From Paraspadella gotoi (taxonomy: Eukaryota; Animalia; Chaetognatha): a stretch of DNA of 64,000 nt. The notes beneath the pieces are model-generated. The model did not search any database and was not told where the DNA came from. It saw nothing but the letters and a program-made list of their open reading frames with translations. Each line of letters opens with the position of its first letter. The stretch's first letter is position 1. The position numbers and the translations under genes are program-made. The DNA lies in NCBI GenBank assembly GCA_051294375.1, contig CM119265.1, forward strand, positions 15,042,963 to 15,106,962, written 5' to 3'. Of this stretch, positions 1-28,513 are shown one piece after another.

Positions 1-2315
1 CCTCTTCGCCTTCCAGCAACTTCCGGTAGGCGGCTAAAAGAAACAATGATCGTTACTACCCGTTGGGGCAACCCAAGAAAACCATGATCATTTAACGCCC
101 ACGCTCCCTCTTCCCACCGATTTCCATGTCGAGGGCGAGCTTTATGTCCATTAACTCGTGATATTCCATCAGTTGATCGGCCATTTGCTGACGCAAACTT
201 TTTATTTCATCGTCCTTGGCGGTCATAGAGTTACGATACTCTTTCTCGCGCGACGCCAGGTCTGACTCCAAATCGGCGATGCGTCCCTCGTACATGCGAC
301 ATTTTGACTAAATAAACAAACAAACATGCATGAGCATAAGAATTAGTACTCGGTTTTTCATATTAAGACCTGTTTTTACCGAGAGTGTGTTAATATGAGA
401 GGTGAGTTCTCCGATCTTTAATCTCCCGGTAGAAATTTCTTCCTGGAAGCCCTTGTCTTCGGATTGACTCCGATTTAATGCGCCTTGAAGCCCATCGATC
501 TTGGCCTCGTACATCGCTTCCAGCTCGGCCTTGAGCAGGGCTGCCTGCTCGTCGTAATGACGACGTAGATCTTGGAGAGACTCTTGAAGGCGGTTGTCAT
601 ATTCTGTCGCCAAAGTTTGATCTAAAAATCGTGGAAAAACGTTTATTTAGATCTGGTAGGGCATTCGGCGAACCACAACCATAACTACCGATTTCCGTGA
701 TTTCAAGTTCTTTCTTCTTTCGGGTTTCGTTCAACTCGGAGTCGAACAAAGATTTCTTGAAGACTAATTCCTCCTTTAGAGACTGCAGACGATTCTCCAG
801 ATCAACTCGGACCAACGTCTCTTCTTCTAACTGACGTTTGGCGAGGTTCCTTTGTGATTCCAGTTCCGGAAGCTCGGCCTGAAGGCTTGCCAGTTCCTCA
901 ACGGCGCGTTGCTTGTCTTTCAGGGCGATGGAAAGGTTCGCCGAGAGATCCTACAAAAAATGTGAAGTCAGAGTAATAGTAATAGTCTTTTCATACAATT
1001 GAAACATTCTTTGAAATATTATAATACTTCATTGATAGGGAAGCCAGTACTCTGGGAGTGAATAAACAAGACAGAGAGTCTTGCTTGAAAGCTGCGATGT
1101 CATTATCTTGTAAGAATGATGGAGGCCTTAAACCACCAAAGCCTGCCCAAAGTCAGGGGCAAGATAGCTTATTTATTAGGTGAATGGATAATTTTTATTT
1201 TGGTTGTACCAGTTTCATATGATAAAATCAAGTTTAAAATTAAATTGTCAATGCAATAAATACAATACCGAGTTAAATTTTTTGTTCAATTCCGATTTTA
1301 GAAAATAAACCCTAAACCTGTAAATAGTACTAAGGCAAAATGGAAAAAGAATGCCTTGCCATTCTGATCCGAGTAATTGAAAAGTAACATTACAAACAAT
1401 ATAGACTAACTTCGACGTTTATTCTCACCGAAATCTTTTTTTCCGCGTCGGCGAGGGATTTGTGAAGGGCCGAGAGCTCCGAGTCCCGTTTGGTTAACTT
1501 GGCTGCAAGATCATCCGCTTCCGCCTTCCACTTTCCGACTTCGATTTGTAGATGTGCCTTTTCTTTGGCAGTCTCATCAAGAAGCTTACGGGCATCAGCA
1601 AGTTCCGCCTCGTAGAGACCCTGTTTAAAAATTAAAATTATTGCATCGACATAAAATTTTATAAAACAAGATGCATCACAACGCAGAGTTTGGGTAAATG
1701 GGTTAATAGGTAAAAAAATAACCTTTTTATAATAAAATATTTATATATTGTTGAATCATTAGAAGCAAAAATATTAAATGTCAAATATCAAATGACACGA
1801 GGCAAAAACCTTCAGATTTGAAATTTCTCTAGTCGTAGTGTCTTCTGTGCTCTGTATTTGTACGGTGAGTCTCATGTTCTCCGATTCAAGACTCCGAACC
1901 CTATCGATGTAGTTGGCGAAGCGGTCGTTTAGAACCTGTTAAAAATACATGGTTCAGCATATCAAAACTGGTTCATGTTCTGGTTTTTCGTTTCTCGTTC
2001 TCGACTTAGGTACCTGAAGCTCTTCCTTCTCGTGCAGTCGCTGCAGCCGGGCGGGCGACAGCGGCGACTGCTTCGCTTTACTTTTGGATTGCTTCGGAGT
2101 TTCGATCGGCGCGGACCCACTGGCGGCCACATCGTCTACAACCTCTTCTTCCACCGTGATCGTTTCTTCAATTCTAACCTGCAAAGAGGAAAGATAAATT
2201 TCAAAGTCACTTAAGCTTGGAACGAGCAAGCAACAGTTTTCACCTCTTCTTGAGGCGGTTCTACAGGTTCCGCCGCTTTTCCACGTTTGCTTGATTTCTT
2301 CCCCCTGGCCGACAT
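1..2315 (-). CDS. Nuclear lamin (intermediate filament), multi-exon, 3' part beyond left edge
   Basis: ATG at 2315 ([11 protein letters not shown]...). Spliced exons give the CDK1-type site [10 protein letters not shown], coil 1[35 protein letters not shown] and the rod end [28 protein letters not shown] introns. Confidence 0.92.
984..1218. repeat. Copy of the ~322-bp interspersed repeat family, in a lamin intron
   Basis: Matches the tandem unit at 21356-22581 and copies near 8880-9120, 11310-11390, 15810-16005, 29160-29360 and 61620-61710. Confidence 0.8.
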
Positions 2316-2973
2316 TGTAGGGCTTTTTGAGAGTTGGTTGGAAGAATAAAATTTGAATAAAATAAGATTCTTAAACTTGCTGCAGCAGAAATTACTTCTA
2401 AAAACAACTAAACGGGGAATTTACGTAGATTGTCAAGATAGCTCGTCAAAAAAGCTAATACGGAACAGTTATAAAATTTCACATTTGAAAGCTAATGAAA
2501 TTGAAACCGAGACTTATATTGATACTGTTCACCTAGAAAATAATTTTAGCATATCTTGAGCTCGGAAAATATCGGCGAGTATTTTTCTACACGCTATGAC
2601 TCAGAATAGGTAAAATGTCTCAGAAAATATCCAATGGGAATATGTATAAGAAAATATAATTATCAATCGTTCAAATAAAAAGGATATTGGAAAACGAAAT
2701 AAAAGTTTTATTACGTATTTTATGATAAGCATCCCATTTTAAGTTTAATAGTCATTTAGAGCTTTATGTAACGCCAGAAGAAAAAGTTTCGCCCTTCAAC
2801 AAGAATCCACAGACAAAAATAGGAGTTCATGGAAAAGAATTTAATATATTCCTAACACATATTTAAAACAATATGTCTCTCAATCTAAAAAAAAACCAAA
2901 AAAAAAAAAAAAAAAACGAATAACCGTAAAAAAGGAGGCCTATATCAGTGCTGACGTATAGATCCCACGTAGA

Positions 2974-4466
2974 TTACTGCGGCGCCGTCGAGGTCGAGGA
3001 AGTCGACGCAGAGGCGCCACTCGAGTCCGAAGAAGAGGAGGGCTTCCTCGTGAAGCCAGGAACGATGGGAGACTTACACCGAGCGTTCTCTTGGATCCAA
3101 GGGTGGGACAGCGCTTCTTCCAAGGATATGCGTTTCTCGGGTTGATATTGAAGAAACTGGCGAACGAGGTCACGAGCGCCAGGCGAGACGTGGCTAGGAA
3201 AATGGAGGTCGACGGAGCGGATGCGACGATAAGTGTCTTGCTGGGTCTGGCTCTCGAATGGTGGTTTGCCCACTAAAAACTCGTACATGAGTATTCCAAG
3301 AGTCCAGTGGTCAACTCGTTTATCATGTGGTTTGCTCTCAACCATTTCCGGTGGCAGGTAATCCAGTGTTCCGCATAAAGTCTCTCGGCGTGACGAGGGC
3401 GCGTGGACGGACCAACCGAAATCCGCGATTTTGACGTCCTCTCGAAGGCCGAGTAGCAAATTTTCGGGTTTGATGTCCCGGTGAATGACCTTCTTTGAGT
3501 GGCAGTATATCATAGTATCACATAGCTTGGCCATATAAGTCGCCGTTCGTGCTTCGTCAAACTTTCCCTCTTTCTGTATGAAGAGATACAATTAAGATCT
3601 TAAATACGTAACTTTTTTTATTACAATCGGCAGAGAGACCATGTATGATTTATTTGAACTATTGTTTTAAATAATTTATGAACAAATGATATACTAAATA
3701 CACAATTTCACGAGTATTTTCATGTAGGAATGAGAATGAAAACCTGAAGTTCCTTGTAGAGTTCTCCTTTGGCGGCAAACTCAAGAATGAGATAAACGCG
3801 AGAGTCGTCATGGAAATATCCGTAGAGGCGAAGAATGTTAGGGTGTCGGAGATGAGACTGAATTTCTATTTCTCGGCGTAATTGGTGTTCCACGTTGGCC
3901 TTGAGAAACGGGTAATACCTCAATCAAAAATGAATAAAAAGGGATCATATATTGAGGGAGTCGAAACCTTGTTGAGTTGAGATTTAAATAAGACTTTGAG
4001 AGCGACAATAAATTTCGTGGATCTTTCCCGAGCCAAATAAACGCTTCCAAATTTTCCTTTGCCCAACGGCTTGCCGATTTCAAAACATTCCAATGTCCAT
4101 TGTTTCTTTCTGTCTGAAGGAGCAACGGGAGGGTGATTTTCCTAGAGAATTTCGTAACCGAAAATTGATGAGTTGTTATCGGTAAAAAGATCGTACTGAG
4201 ATGCGAACCTAATTACTTGGGCGACTTTTAGATTAAAGAAATCGTTCACGATTAGAATCTTTTTAAATAATAAAATAAAATGCCCAAGGCCACCAAATAT
4301 GTACATATTTTTTCGAACTGTCAGTCAATCTTTACAACAAAAACAGTATACTTACTCTATCTCCTTCTGATCCAGTTTTGATAGTGCTTTGAGCTTTGTG
4401 GGCAGAATCTTTTAACTCTGGCTGGGAAGGTAGCGAGGACGGTTGCAAATTCCGTAAAGGATCCAT
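2974..4466 (-). CDS. AURKA: Aurora kinase (Aurora A-like), 4 coding exons
   Basis: ATG at 4466. Motifs [59 protein letters not shown] and [28 protein letters not shown] versus B subtype is not certain. Confidence 0.92.
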
Positions 4467-5246
4467 CTGGGAAATTACAGTCTCCGAAGTTTCAATTCAC
4501 TAAATTTTTTCAGTTAAGCATTGCGCATTCAAACGTTTGGGGTATATACAAGATAAACCAAAATTTTAATATACACCTGTAAAAAACAAGCAAGCACAAA
4601 TATTATTTTTAAGTGTTAATATGAATAGTAGGCGAGGACGCCCGAAAAAAAAACCAGACTTCGATAACAACATGTTAGGTATAAAGATATTTCATATAAA
4701 AATTCAAACCGAACGCAAAAAAATTAATTGTGTCAGAGATCGGGGAATTCATGCCCAGAGAGGTTAGCCTAACGCCTACTTCAGAATTCAATTTCATACA
4801 TTTAGAAACTAACAAATGCGAAATTTGACGGTTTTTATAAATAAAAACAAACATCCGTTAAAAATGAGGGAGTCCTGGTGCGGATGAAAGCAGGATGCAG
4901 TTCTCTGCAGAGGCACCAGGGCAGCGGCGGAGCTGGGAGATGGCTCGGGTCGTTGGAGATTGAAATCGCGATGAAGCGACATTATTGGCTGGATTCTAAC
5001 GGCGACCGCGACCAATCGAAAAGAGGATAACTAAGCGGACTTGATCAAAGAGTTTTTTTAACGGACGGAGAAAAAGTCAATTCCCGTGGCGACATCTCTC
5101 CGTTCTCACATTCCCATAATTAAAGCAAAAGACCAACGTATAATTCTCAAAATTAAATGTTTGCGTTATTTTATTAGCATTTTATATATATTAAAAATCA
5201 TCATTTCCTACAAGAAAGATGAAATTATATAAAAAATGCCGCTAAA

Positions 5247-5448
5247 TTTTACTTTTGCCGACCGCGGTTATGGCGGCTTTTGAAAAACCATTGAAAAATA
5301 CTTATTTTTTAAAAAAATATTTTAAAAAAATATTACCTAATTACCCTAACCCTAACTACCCCTAACCCTAAACCACTCCTAACCCTAAACCACCCCTAAA
5401 TCACCCTTAACCGTAACCCCTCCCTAACCCCGGTCAGCAAAAGTAAAA
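5247..5448. mobile_element. MITE-like element with 18-bp TIRs enclosing degenerate (CCCTAA)n repeats
   Basis: ttttacttttgccgaccg ... cggtcagcaaaagtaaaa inverted repeats. The interior has ccctaa/cctaac variants. A sister copy lies at 48881-48996. Confidence 0.7.
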
Positions 5449-6593
5449 GTAACCCAAAAAGGGCTAACACCATCGAATTCTTCAGACCTTATTACAGTAA
5501 AATAATTATGAATGGAATTTAATATCTTATTGTAAATCGCTTTATATATGAAAATATGCAAAATTACCTGTTTTATTTTTTTCATATCTTTTAATGACGG
5601 CATATATGCCAGAGAGACACAAAAGAATTGAAGCAATATAGAAAAAAAAATGCAAAATTAACTTAATAAACCGACTCACATTCGAAGAAGATAAAAATCA
5701 AAGAATAATAAAAAAATATATAAAAAAAAATATTTTTAATATGAAACCAAAATGAAAACCTAACACAAAACTATAAACTAGCTTAATTGAGACGGTGCTC
5801 TGATGTATGATATTTGGCACGGGCGCTTTTTGTAATTAGGCGCAAGTTTTACAATGTTTTACAAAAACGGAGAAAAAAGGCACATGATTTGTTGCGTCGC
5901 ATTTAAACATGATTTCCAAAATAAAACGAATTTTAAAATTTAAGGGAAGACAATTTCAAAAAGTCCAAGACTCTGACTGTTGCCTTGGCGTTTCCTCTCG
6001 TGGAAACGATGAGATGAAATCCATCGAAATTAACATAACTTTTGATTGAACTGTTGGGGATTCGAATCCTTCAATAATTCACCCCGCACAAACTGACATT
6101 GACTCTGCTATTCAAGCATATTCTATTTAAGAATCATTACTACTTTTTTTTCTTTAATCCTCCTTACCTTAACGGGTTTTTAATCCTAAATGATGCAAGT
6201 TGAAACAAAATTATTAGTAGCTGCACCCACTAGATCTGTACTTGCACCTGCTCTTCAACAAAATAGAAATCATTTTTTAAAATTTTTATTATCTTAAATC
6301 TTTAAAAATTGTTTTCCTTTTTTTTCTTATTCTATTTTATTTTATTCTATTTCTTATTCTATGTTTTGATAAAAGCATTTTAATCATATATCATACTTCA
6401 AAACAAAAATAATATTGTTTTGATTTATAAAATGATATTAGTGCCACTGTAACAGTTCATTTTAAGCCCTTGAAAGTGATTTACATGTATTGGCGCAGCC
6501 ACTGGTTTGAGCTTGTACTCATTATAAATTTTTGACTCACCCCATTGAGTGCGGCTACCCCTACCATAGAAAATGTTAAAATTTTAAAATTTT

Positions 6594-7080
6594 ACATAAT
6601 TTGGTAATTTTGCATAATTTGGTAAAATTGCATAATTTGATCAACTTGCAAAAATTGGTCAACTTGCATAATTTATTCAACTTGCTTTATTTGGTCAACA
6701 GGCAAAATTTGGTCAACAGGCATAATTTGGTCAACAGGCATAATTTAGCCAACTGGTAAAATTTGGTCAACAGGCCTAATTTGGTCAACAGGCATAATTT
6801 GGTCAACTGGCATGTTATGGTCAACTGGCATAATTTGGTCAACTGACTTAATGTTTTCAACTGACATAATTTTTTTAACTGGCATAATTTGGTCAACTGG
6901 CATAATATGGTCAACTGGCATAATTTGGTCAACTGACGTAACTTGATCAACTGGCATAATTTTGTCAACAAGCTTAATTTGGTCAAATCGCATAATTTTG
7001 TCAATTTGTTTAATTTGGTCAACTTGCTTAATTTGGTCAATTGTCATACATAATTTGGTCTACTGGCATAATTTGGTCAA
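6594..7080. repeat. 18-bp minisatellite (consensus ggcataatttggtcaact), roughly 27 units
   Basis: Direct tandem units are visible. Related reverse-oriented units (aaaatgatgcaagttgaa) occur at about 8140-8250. Confidence 0.9.
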
Positions 7081-7611
7081 TCAATCAATTAATTAGAGAG
7101 GGCTCCATCCAGCTCAATCACACACTTTCCTACCTACACACAAAATTTCATTTTAATCCTACCATCCAATCACGAGAAATTGGGGTTTAATGCTGACATG
7201 ATTTAAGTGAGTGCCGGACAACCTTTTGGGGTGGGACCGACGGAGTCGGAATCTGCTGTTAAAAATCACATTCATAAAAACTTTCTAGTCTCGGGAGCTG
7301 GAGTAGGGCGGATAAAAAATTCGTGAAAACCGGTAAAACAAAAAATGGCCGATCGAAGCAAAGGAACGCTGATTACGACTCATCGGGCGGAATATGTCAG
7401 TCCAATGATGTACCCAAAATATTCGGGACACTTTCCTGAAATCAGACGGCAGGCTGGCCAGGGATTTGCCCGCTCAACTAAAGAACACTTTCAGGTAAAA
7501 TTATCAAGTAAAAATCACCATATTTATCAACAAAATTTAGAGCAAAGTAATCGTATATATAATACTGGTATTTAAATATAAAAAAATGTTAAATGCGTCA
7601 CATAATTATTT

Positions 7612-8075
7612 TATAGTCGGATCTTTTATTTTGTTGGTCCGTCGGTCCGCCCCCTCAAGCTTGTCGGGCATTAACTTAAATCATGTCAGAACATCAAATT
7701 ATGATAAATTATACAAGAAAAATTATGTCCATCAGTCCAGCGTCCGTCCATCTGTCCTTCCCCTTTAGCAAAAAACTCCAATTACTCGTGATTGGATGGT
7801 TGGATTGACATGAAATTTTGTATGTGGTTAGGAAAGTGTGTGATTGAGCTGGATATAAAGTTTCGATGGAATCGTGAGAGTAGAAATGAAAAAAATATAA
7901 GTCACATTTACTTGAATATTTTTACTAATTTTAACCCATAATTACTCATAATTGAATGGATAGAATGAGATAAAATTTTGTATGTGGGTAGGAAAGTATG
8001 TGACTGAGCAGAATATAAAGTTTCGATGGAATCGAGGATTTTGCATGAAAAAAACCGAAGTCACGTTGACTTGAA
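7612..8075. mobile_element. HINE/DINE-1-like (Helentron-associated) non-autonomous repeat
   Basis: Shared blocks (gtcggatct, GTCC microsatellite, gaaattttgtatgt, gtgtgattgagctgga) recur at about 7090-7260, 8560-8880, 17640-17900 and 20560-20920. Confidence 0.55.
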
Positions 8076-9477
8076 ATTTTATTATTTATGCTTACTCATA
8101 AATGTTTTAATTAGTTTATTGATTAATTAATTAAATTGAAAAAATGATGCAAGTTGAAACAATGATACAAATTGAAAAAATGATGCAAGTGAAAAAATGG
8201 TGCGAGTTAAGAAAATGATGCCTGTGGAAAAAATGTTGCAAGTTGAAAAAAAAAAAAGTTAAAACAAATTTGAGCAAACAATGTGGGATCTGCCCACTAT
8301 CATTATCGGTATTTAATTAATTAATTCAAGTTGATTAATTAATTAGGCAATTAATTAATTTATTTAAACCGAAATGTGTGTTTTTAGGTCACTGACCATG
8401 ACAAAAGAAACGACGACGATGATGGCGACGACAACAATAATGCCGCTAACCATTGACTTAATTGATTGATTAAATAATTAATTTATAAATAATTAATTAT
8501 TGATTAATTAATTAACTAATTGATTAATTAACTGATTAGTTTTTTTGCATTTAATATCAAAAGAAAAAGACGTATAATCAATTAGTGAAACAGATTTTTT
8601 TGTTTTTTCTATTTAAACTCTTTTCCACTCGCACGATTCAATCGAAACTTTATATCCAGCTCAATCACACACTTCCCTACCAACACTCAAAATTTCATTC
8701 CAATCCAACCATGCAATCACGAGTAATTAGAATTTAGGACAGACAGACAGACCGACGGTCAGACATAATTTATATATTACATAATTCGATTCTGACATGA
8801 TATAAGTTAATGCCCGACAAAATTGAGGGGGCGGACCGACGGACCGACAAAGTGAATTATAGAGTCGGGATCTGCATAGCATTATGACATAGCAGGTCCC
8901 CTGCAAGCTTTCAATTAAGACTCTCTCACAGTCTCGTTTATTCACTCCCAGAATACCTGGTATAATGTTTTAAAGAATGTTTCAATTGTATGAAAAGACC
9001 ACTCCCTTAAGTATTAGATCGCCCAGCATCAAAATACAAGGAGCTGAATTTTCTGAAATTGGTACAACCAATATAAATATTATCCATTATTAATAAGCTA
9101 TCTTGCCCCTGACTTTGGACTGGACCGGACAGGACAGGACATATCCCCAACATCCAAATCTTCAAAGTAAAAATCAAATTTTAGGATTGTCGTGCCAGAA
9201 TTTTAACCAGTTCGAAAGGATCTTGGGGTTGCTCTGGTGGCAAGTTTCCGACGATTTTCACCCATGCGCCGAATTTGGTTTTGACAGCATTGGTAAGAAC
9301 CTTAATATTAAATAACGATTATGAATAAACTATAAAGCAAATTTTATTTAGAAGTATTTTTAAAAAATTAACTTTTTAAATTACTTCAAAGGTTTCGGTA
9401 AAAAGTTCCGAGAGTAACTAATTTAGTAGAATGTTCAAAAAAAGATATTTTTTTCCGTAACCATTTGGCCGTTAACT

Positions 9478-9655
9478 TTTCAAAGCGCCCCATTTAGGGC
9501 TAGGTTATGGATTAGGGTTAGGGACGAGGTTAGTGATTAGGGTTAAGGATTAAGGATAGCGATTAGTTGTTAGATGAGACTGAGGGGTTATGGTTAGAGA
9601 ATAAGGATTAGATTTTAGGATTAAGGAACAGAAATTCCAAAGGGGGCGCTTTCAA
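9478..9655. repeat. Degenerate TTAGGG-like tract bounded by short inverted repeats
   Basis: tcaaagcgcccc ... ggggcgctttca flank ttagggc/ttagggtt/ttaaggat units. Confidence 0.6.
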
Positions 9656-9823
9656 AAAAAAAAAAGCCGCGATTTTGTAACAGAAATGACATTTTTCTGC
9701 CAAGCTCTGAGCCTTTATTAGTATTAGGTATGAAAAAGCTATTAAACAAAAAATGAAAGAAAAGATGTGTAGTCGGGCATTGCCTAGGTTCACCCCGCCT
9801 AGAAGCATGACACTTTCAGTTGT

Positions 9824-10089
9824 GACGCGGTGGCTCATTGAGTAAAGCTATCAGCTCATGACCACTAGGTACCGGGTTCAATCCCAACCCGGTACCTACC
9901 GGGCGGGAAGCGTGAGGACGTCCGTAAGCCGCCTTGGGGGCGTGGCAAGCCCTCAAGCCTGGTTCCAAGCCCAGGAACCCGTTCCATGGCTGCTAGAGGG
10001 GGTTATAGAAGTTACGGACAGTAATCTTCAGCCCACGCAGCGCCTTATCCACAGATGAACTAAAGAAAGAAAGAAAAAAAAAGAAAGAG
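9824..10089 (+). mobile_element. tRNA-derived SINE candidate
   Basis: Pol III box A TGGCTCATTGAG (9831) and box B GGTTCAATCCC (9875), a GC-rich body, and an (AAAG)n/A-rich tail at about 10062-10089. No intact cloverleaf. Confidence 0.65.
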
Positions 10090-12854
10090 CCATAAACATT
10101 AAAAAGACTAAACCAAAAAGAAATGACCTTATATTTAAGTTAAGTTAAGTTAAAATTGATAAAGCGGCGGGCCAGCAGATGGCCTCAATGCAATGTCGGG
10201 ACAATGTAAGACTGATGAAGGGAATCCAGTTTTTCCAAAAGCTAGACGACTTTTGAGACCGAAATTAACTCATAGCTATTTCAATGTTATTTAATCATTG
10301 TTATTAGGTCATTGTTTAACAGGAGTGTTGACTTTGTTAGGGTAATGACCGTCGGTCAAGAAGCGACACACATAACTGCCCCACTAAGAAAATTACTCTA
10401 CCCGCGCTTAAGTGTGCAAGAGCCGATCATCTCAAGGTTTGGACAGTGGACATTAGACAAATTAAATGTTCAGAAAACAATAGTTAAGCCTACAAATTTC
10501 AGTAAACCGTCAGTTATAGAAAAGTTCTGAGAAAAAATTGCATTAAAATCATTTAGAACTTCGAGAAATTGGCCGAAAAACAAAGAGAGTTTTACTTGGA
10601 CCGATGCGGAAAGGTCCACCGCGTAGAGCATTTCAAGCTTCCAACCGAATACACTGATTTCTACCATCAGGTTTTTTGCAGCATTTTTTTTTTCCTGTTT
10701 TCTTTCTCTGTCTCTTTCTACGCTATTGTGTCTCTCCATTTCGCCGAGCGAATCGAATTAAGCAATGGTTTTTCGCGGATTCACTCTTTCAGGCTCCGAT
10801 CGTTCTTTTGTATTGTTTTAATTCGTGTTTCCCACCCCTTTCTGAGTCCGTTTCACAAATTACTTTTGCTAGCAGTTTCAGTTTTACTTACAGAATCGTA
10901 CTAAATCTCAAACTAGTTGTTAAAACAAGAAAACCAAAAACCAAAAATTATTAGCAGAATTAGATCGAAGTTTATCGTTATTTTCACTATTTAGATCCAA
11001 TAATTCAACTTTTATACTTATAGTTCACTTAGATGATTTCAGTAGATTACGATACCGCCTACTATTCAGAGGGAAGCCGAAAGGGAAAAACAATTTAAAC
11101 AATTGCTTGGTGAAAACTTTAAAAAGAAATTTTACTTGGATTAACTCGTACTGCTTCATTGGACCGCTCGCCTGTTTCCAAATAGGCATAATTATGCGGT
11201 TTCTGATATATCATCTGTCAGCAGATTTCGATTTATTTAAGATTTTAAATTTATAAAGTTAATTCTTAATTCTTAAACCCTCGGAGTAGGTCCTAGAAAT
11301 AAATGATTCCTATGAAATTGGTACAACCAATATAAAAATTATCCATTCATTTAATAAATAAGCTATCTTGCCCCTGACTTTGGACAGGCTTTTGTATGTT
11401 AGTAGTAGGTTGAGTAATGAGTAACTATATTGATAATAAAATTTATAAGCGCTAATAACTAACTTTTTTTGTTCAAGATGCGCTTCATGGAAATTCAACC
11501 GACTCACGGGGTTGCGGAAATGTGGTGTTACCCGACTCCTTCATTGATGGATTGAAACGAATTTGATTCCCACGAACAAAAGGCCACCAAAAAGCTACAG
11601 AGCTCTGGGAAAATACCTAAATTTGTTTATTTTTGTTTATTTCGATTTTTTTTTTTTGCCAAGGACCTCAGTTGGCCGTTTCGTCTTTTTCTTTAGAAAT
11701 AAGCTAATGTAGGTCATGAATAGTGAGGTTTTTTCGGTTTACTTTTCCGGCTTAAAAAAATATATCGTTTCAAATGGTAAGGAAAAGTAAAGAATTATAT
11801 TTTTGTCGGAATTTCAACCCATTAAAAAGTGCCTAAAATTGTCTTTTTGTCTCCGCTCTTTTTTTCGGACGAGTTCTCCTTTCAATCTTGCTCAACGTTG
11901 GTCTTTCTCATTTCTGCCGGCCTCCGCCCCATTTATCTCCACGCTCTCGTCCGATCCGGCGACCGCGCCCGTGTCTCGATTTTCTGTCGACTCAGAGGAA
12001 ACCGCGGCAGTCGTCGTCGTCGTCGTCGTCGTTCTCCAATAATAAGACGAACGAGGATCACGAGCCCCGAAATCCCGGTAGCTCTTCGCGTGACTCAGCC
12101 CAGAGTGAATAACGAAGAAACCGGCGCGATCATCGTCTAGATTGATAGACCGGCTATGTATCGATGTCCGGGCGGAAAAGGTTGGAGGTGAGCGTTAACA
12201 ATACGCTGCCCAGTGCTATTATTATAAGTATTGATGATACTGATTAACACTATCAGTCGCTATATCGTTGACAAAAAATTAATTAGTTTGAGAACTTGGC
12301 ACTCTCTCTTCAGAGGCATGAAATTATTTACGAAAACATCTTGGTCATGACGATTTCATTTAATGTTGTCAAAATGATAGGCTTAAATTGGTGTTTCATT
12401 GTAATTTTTTAACGACCTGACGCGGGCGGGTTTGGAACGGCGTCGCGAGCCACGACTTTCGTACGCGAACTGTCGAGAAGAGAGGACGATTGAGAGCGAG
12501 AGAAAGAGGAAGACAGAGGAAGACGATGGAGAAGAGAAGGAGGAGGAAGAAAAAGAGGAGGAGGAAGAGATCAAGGGATCGGCGAGGACCGGCTATGATA
12601 TAAAAAGTAAAAAATCTGGTGAGTAAGATTGGAGAAATAAGCTCTTTTTTTTGCGACGACCAAAAGTTGATATTTTTTTCCCTGGACTGGAGTGAAGACT
12701 GGAGACTGCCTGTTCCAACTACCCGTCTTACTCTTTCAGAAATTAGAAGCTCCTCCGACATTTTTTTCTTGTGGTCGAAAATCATCTTTTTTGTGGCGAT
12801 TTAAAAAAAAAACCCAAAAATAACACTTTCTTTTTGGAAACAACTTTCAAGAAG

Positions 12855-28513
<15,659 letters not shown>

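Noticed and set aside
5335-5430. Chromosome end or true telomere
   Set aside because: Short, degenerate, interstitial and bounded by TIRs.
6687-7047. Two ORFs of repeated hexapeptides (LTKLCQ / VDQIMP)
   Set aside because: They are translations of the 18-bp minisatellite, with no gene context.
6594-7080. CRISPR-like array
   Set aside because: Head-to-tail units with no unique spacers, in a eukaryotic context.
9824-9897. Functional tRNA-Met gene
   Set aside because: Acceptor and anticodon stems do not pair properly, and it continues into a SINE-like body and tail.
11800-12800. Several short ORFs upstream of tubulin
   Set aside because: Low-complexity (GTC)n and (GAG)n sequence with no recognisable protein; likely promoter or UTR.
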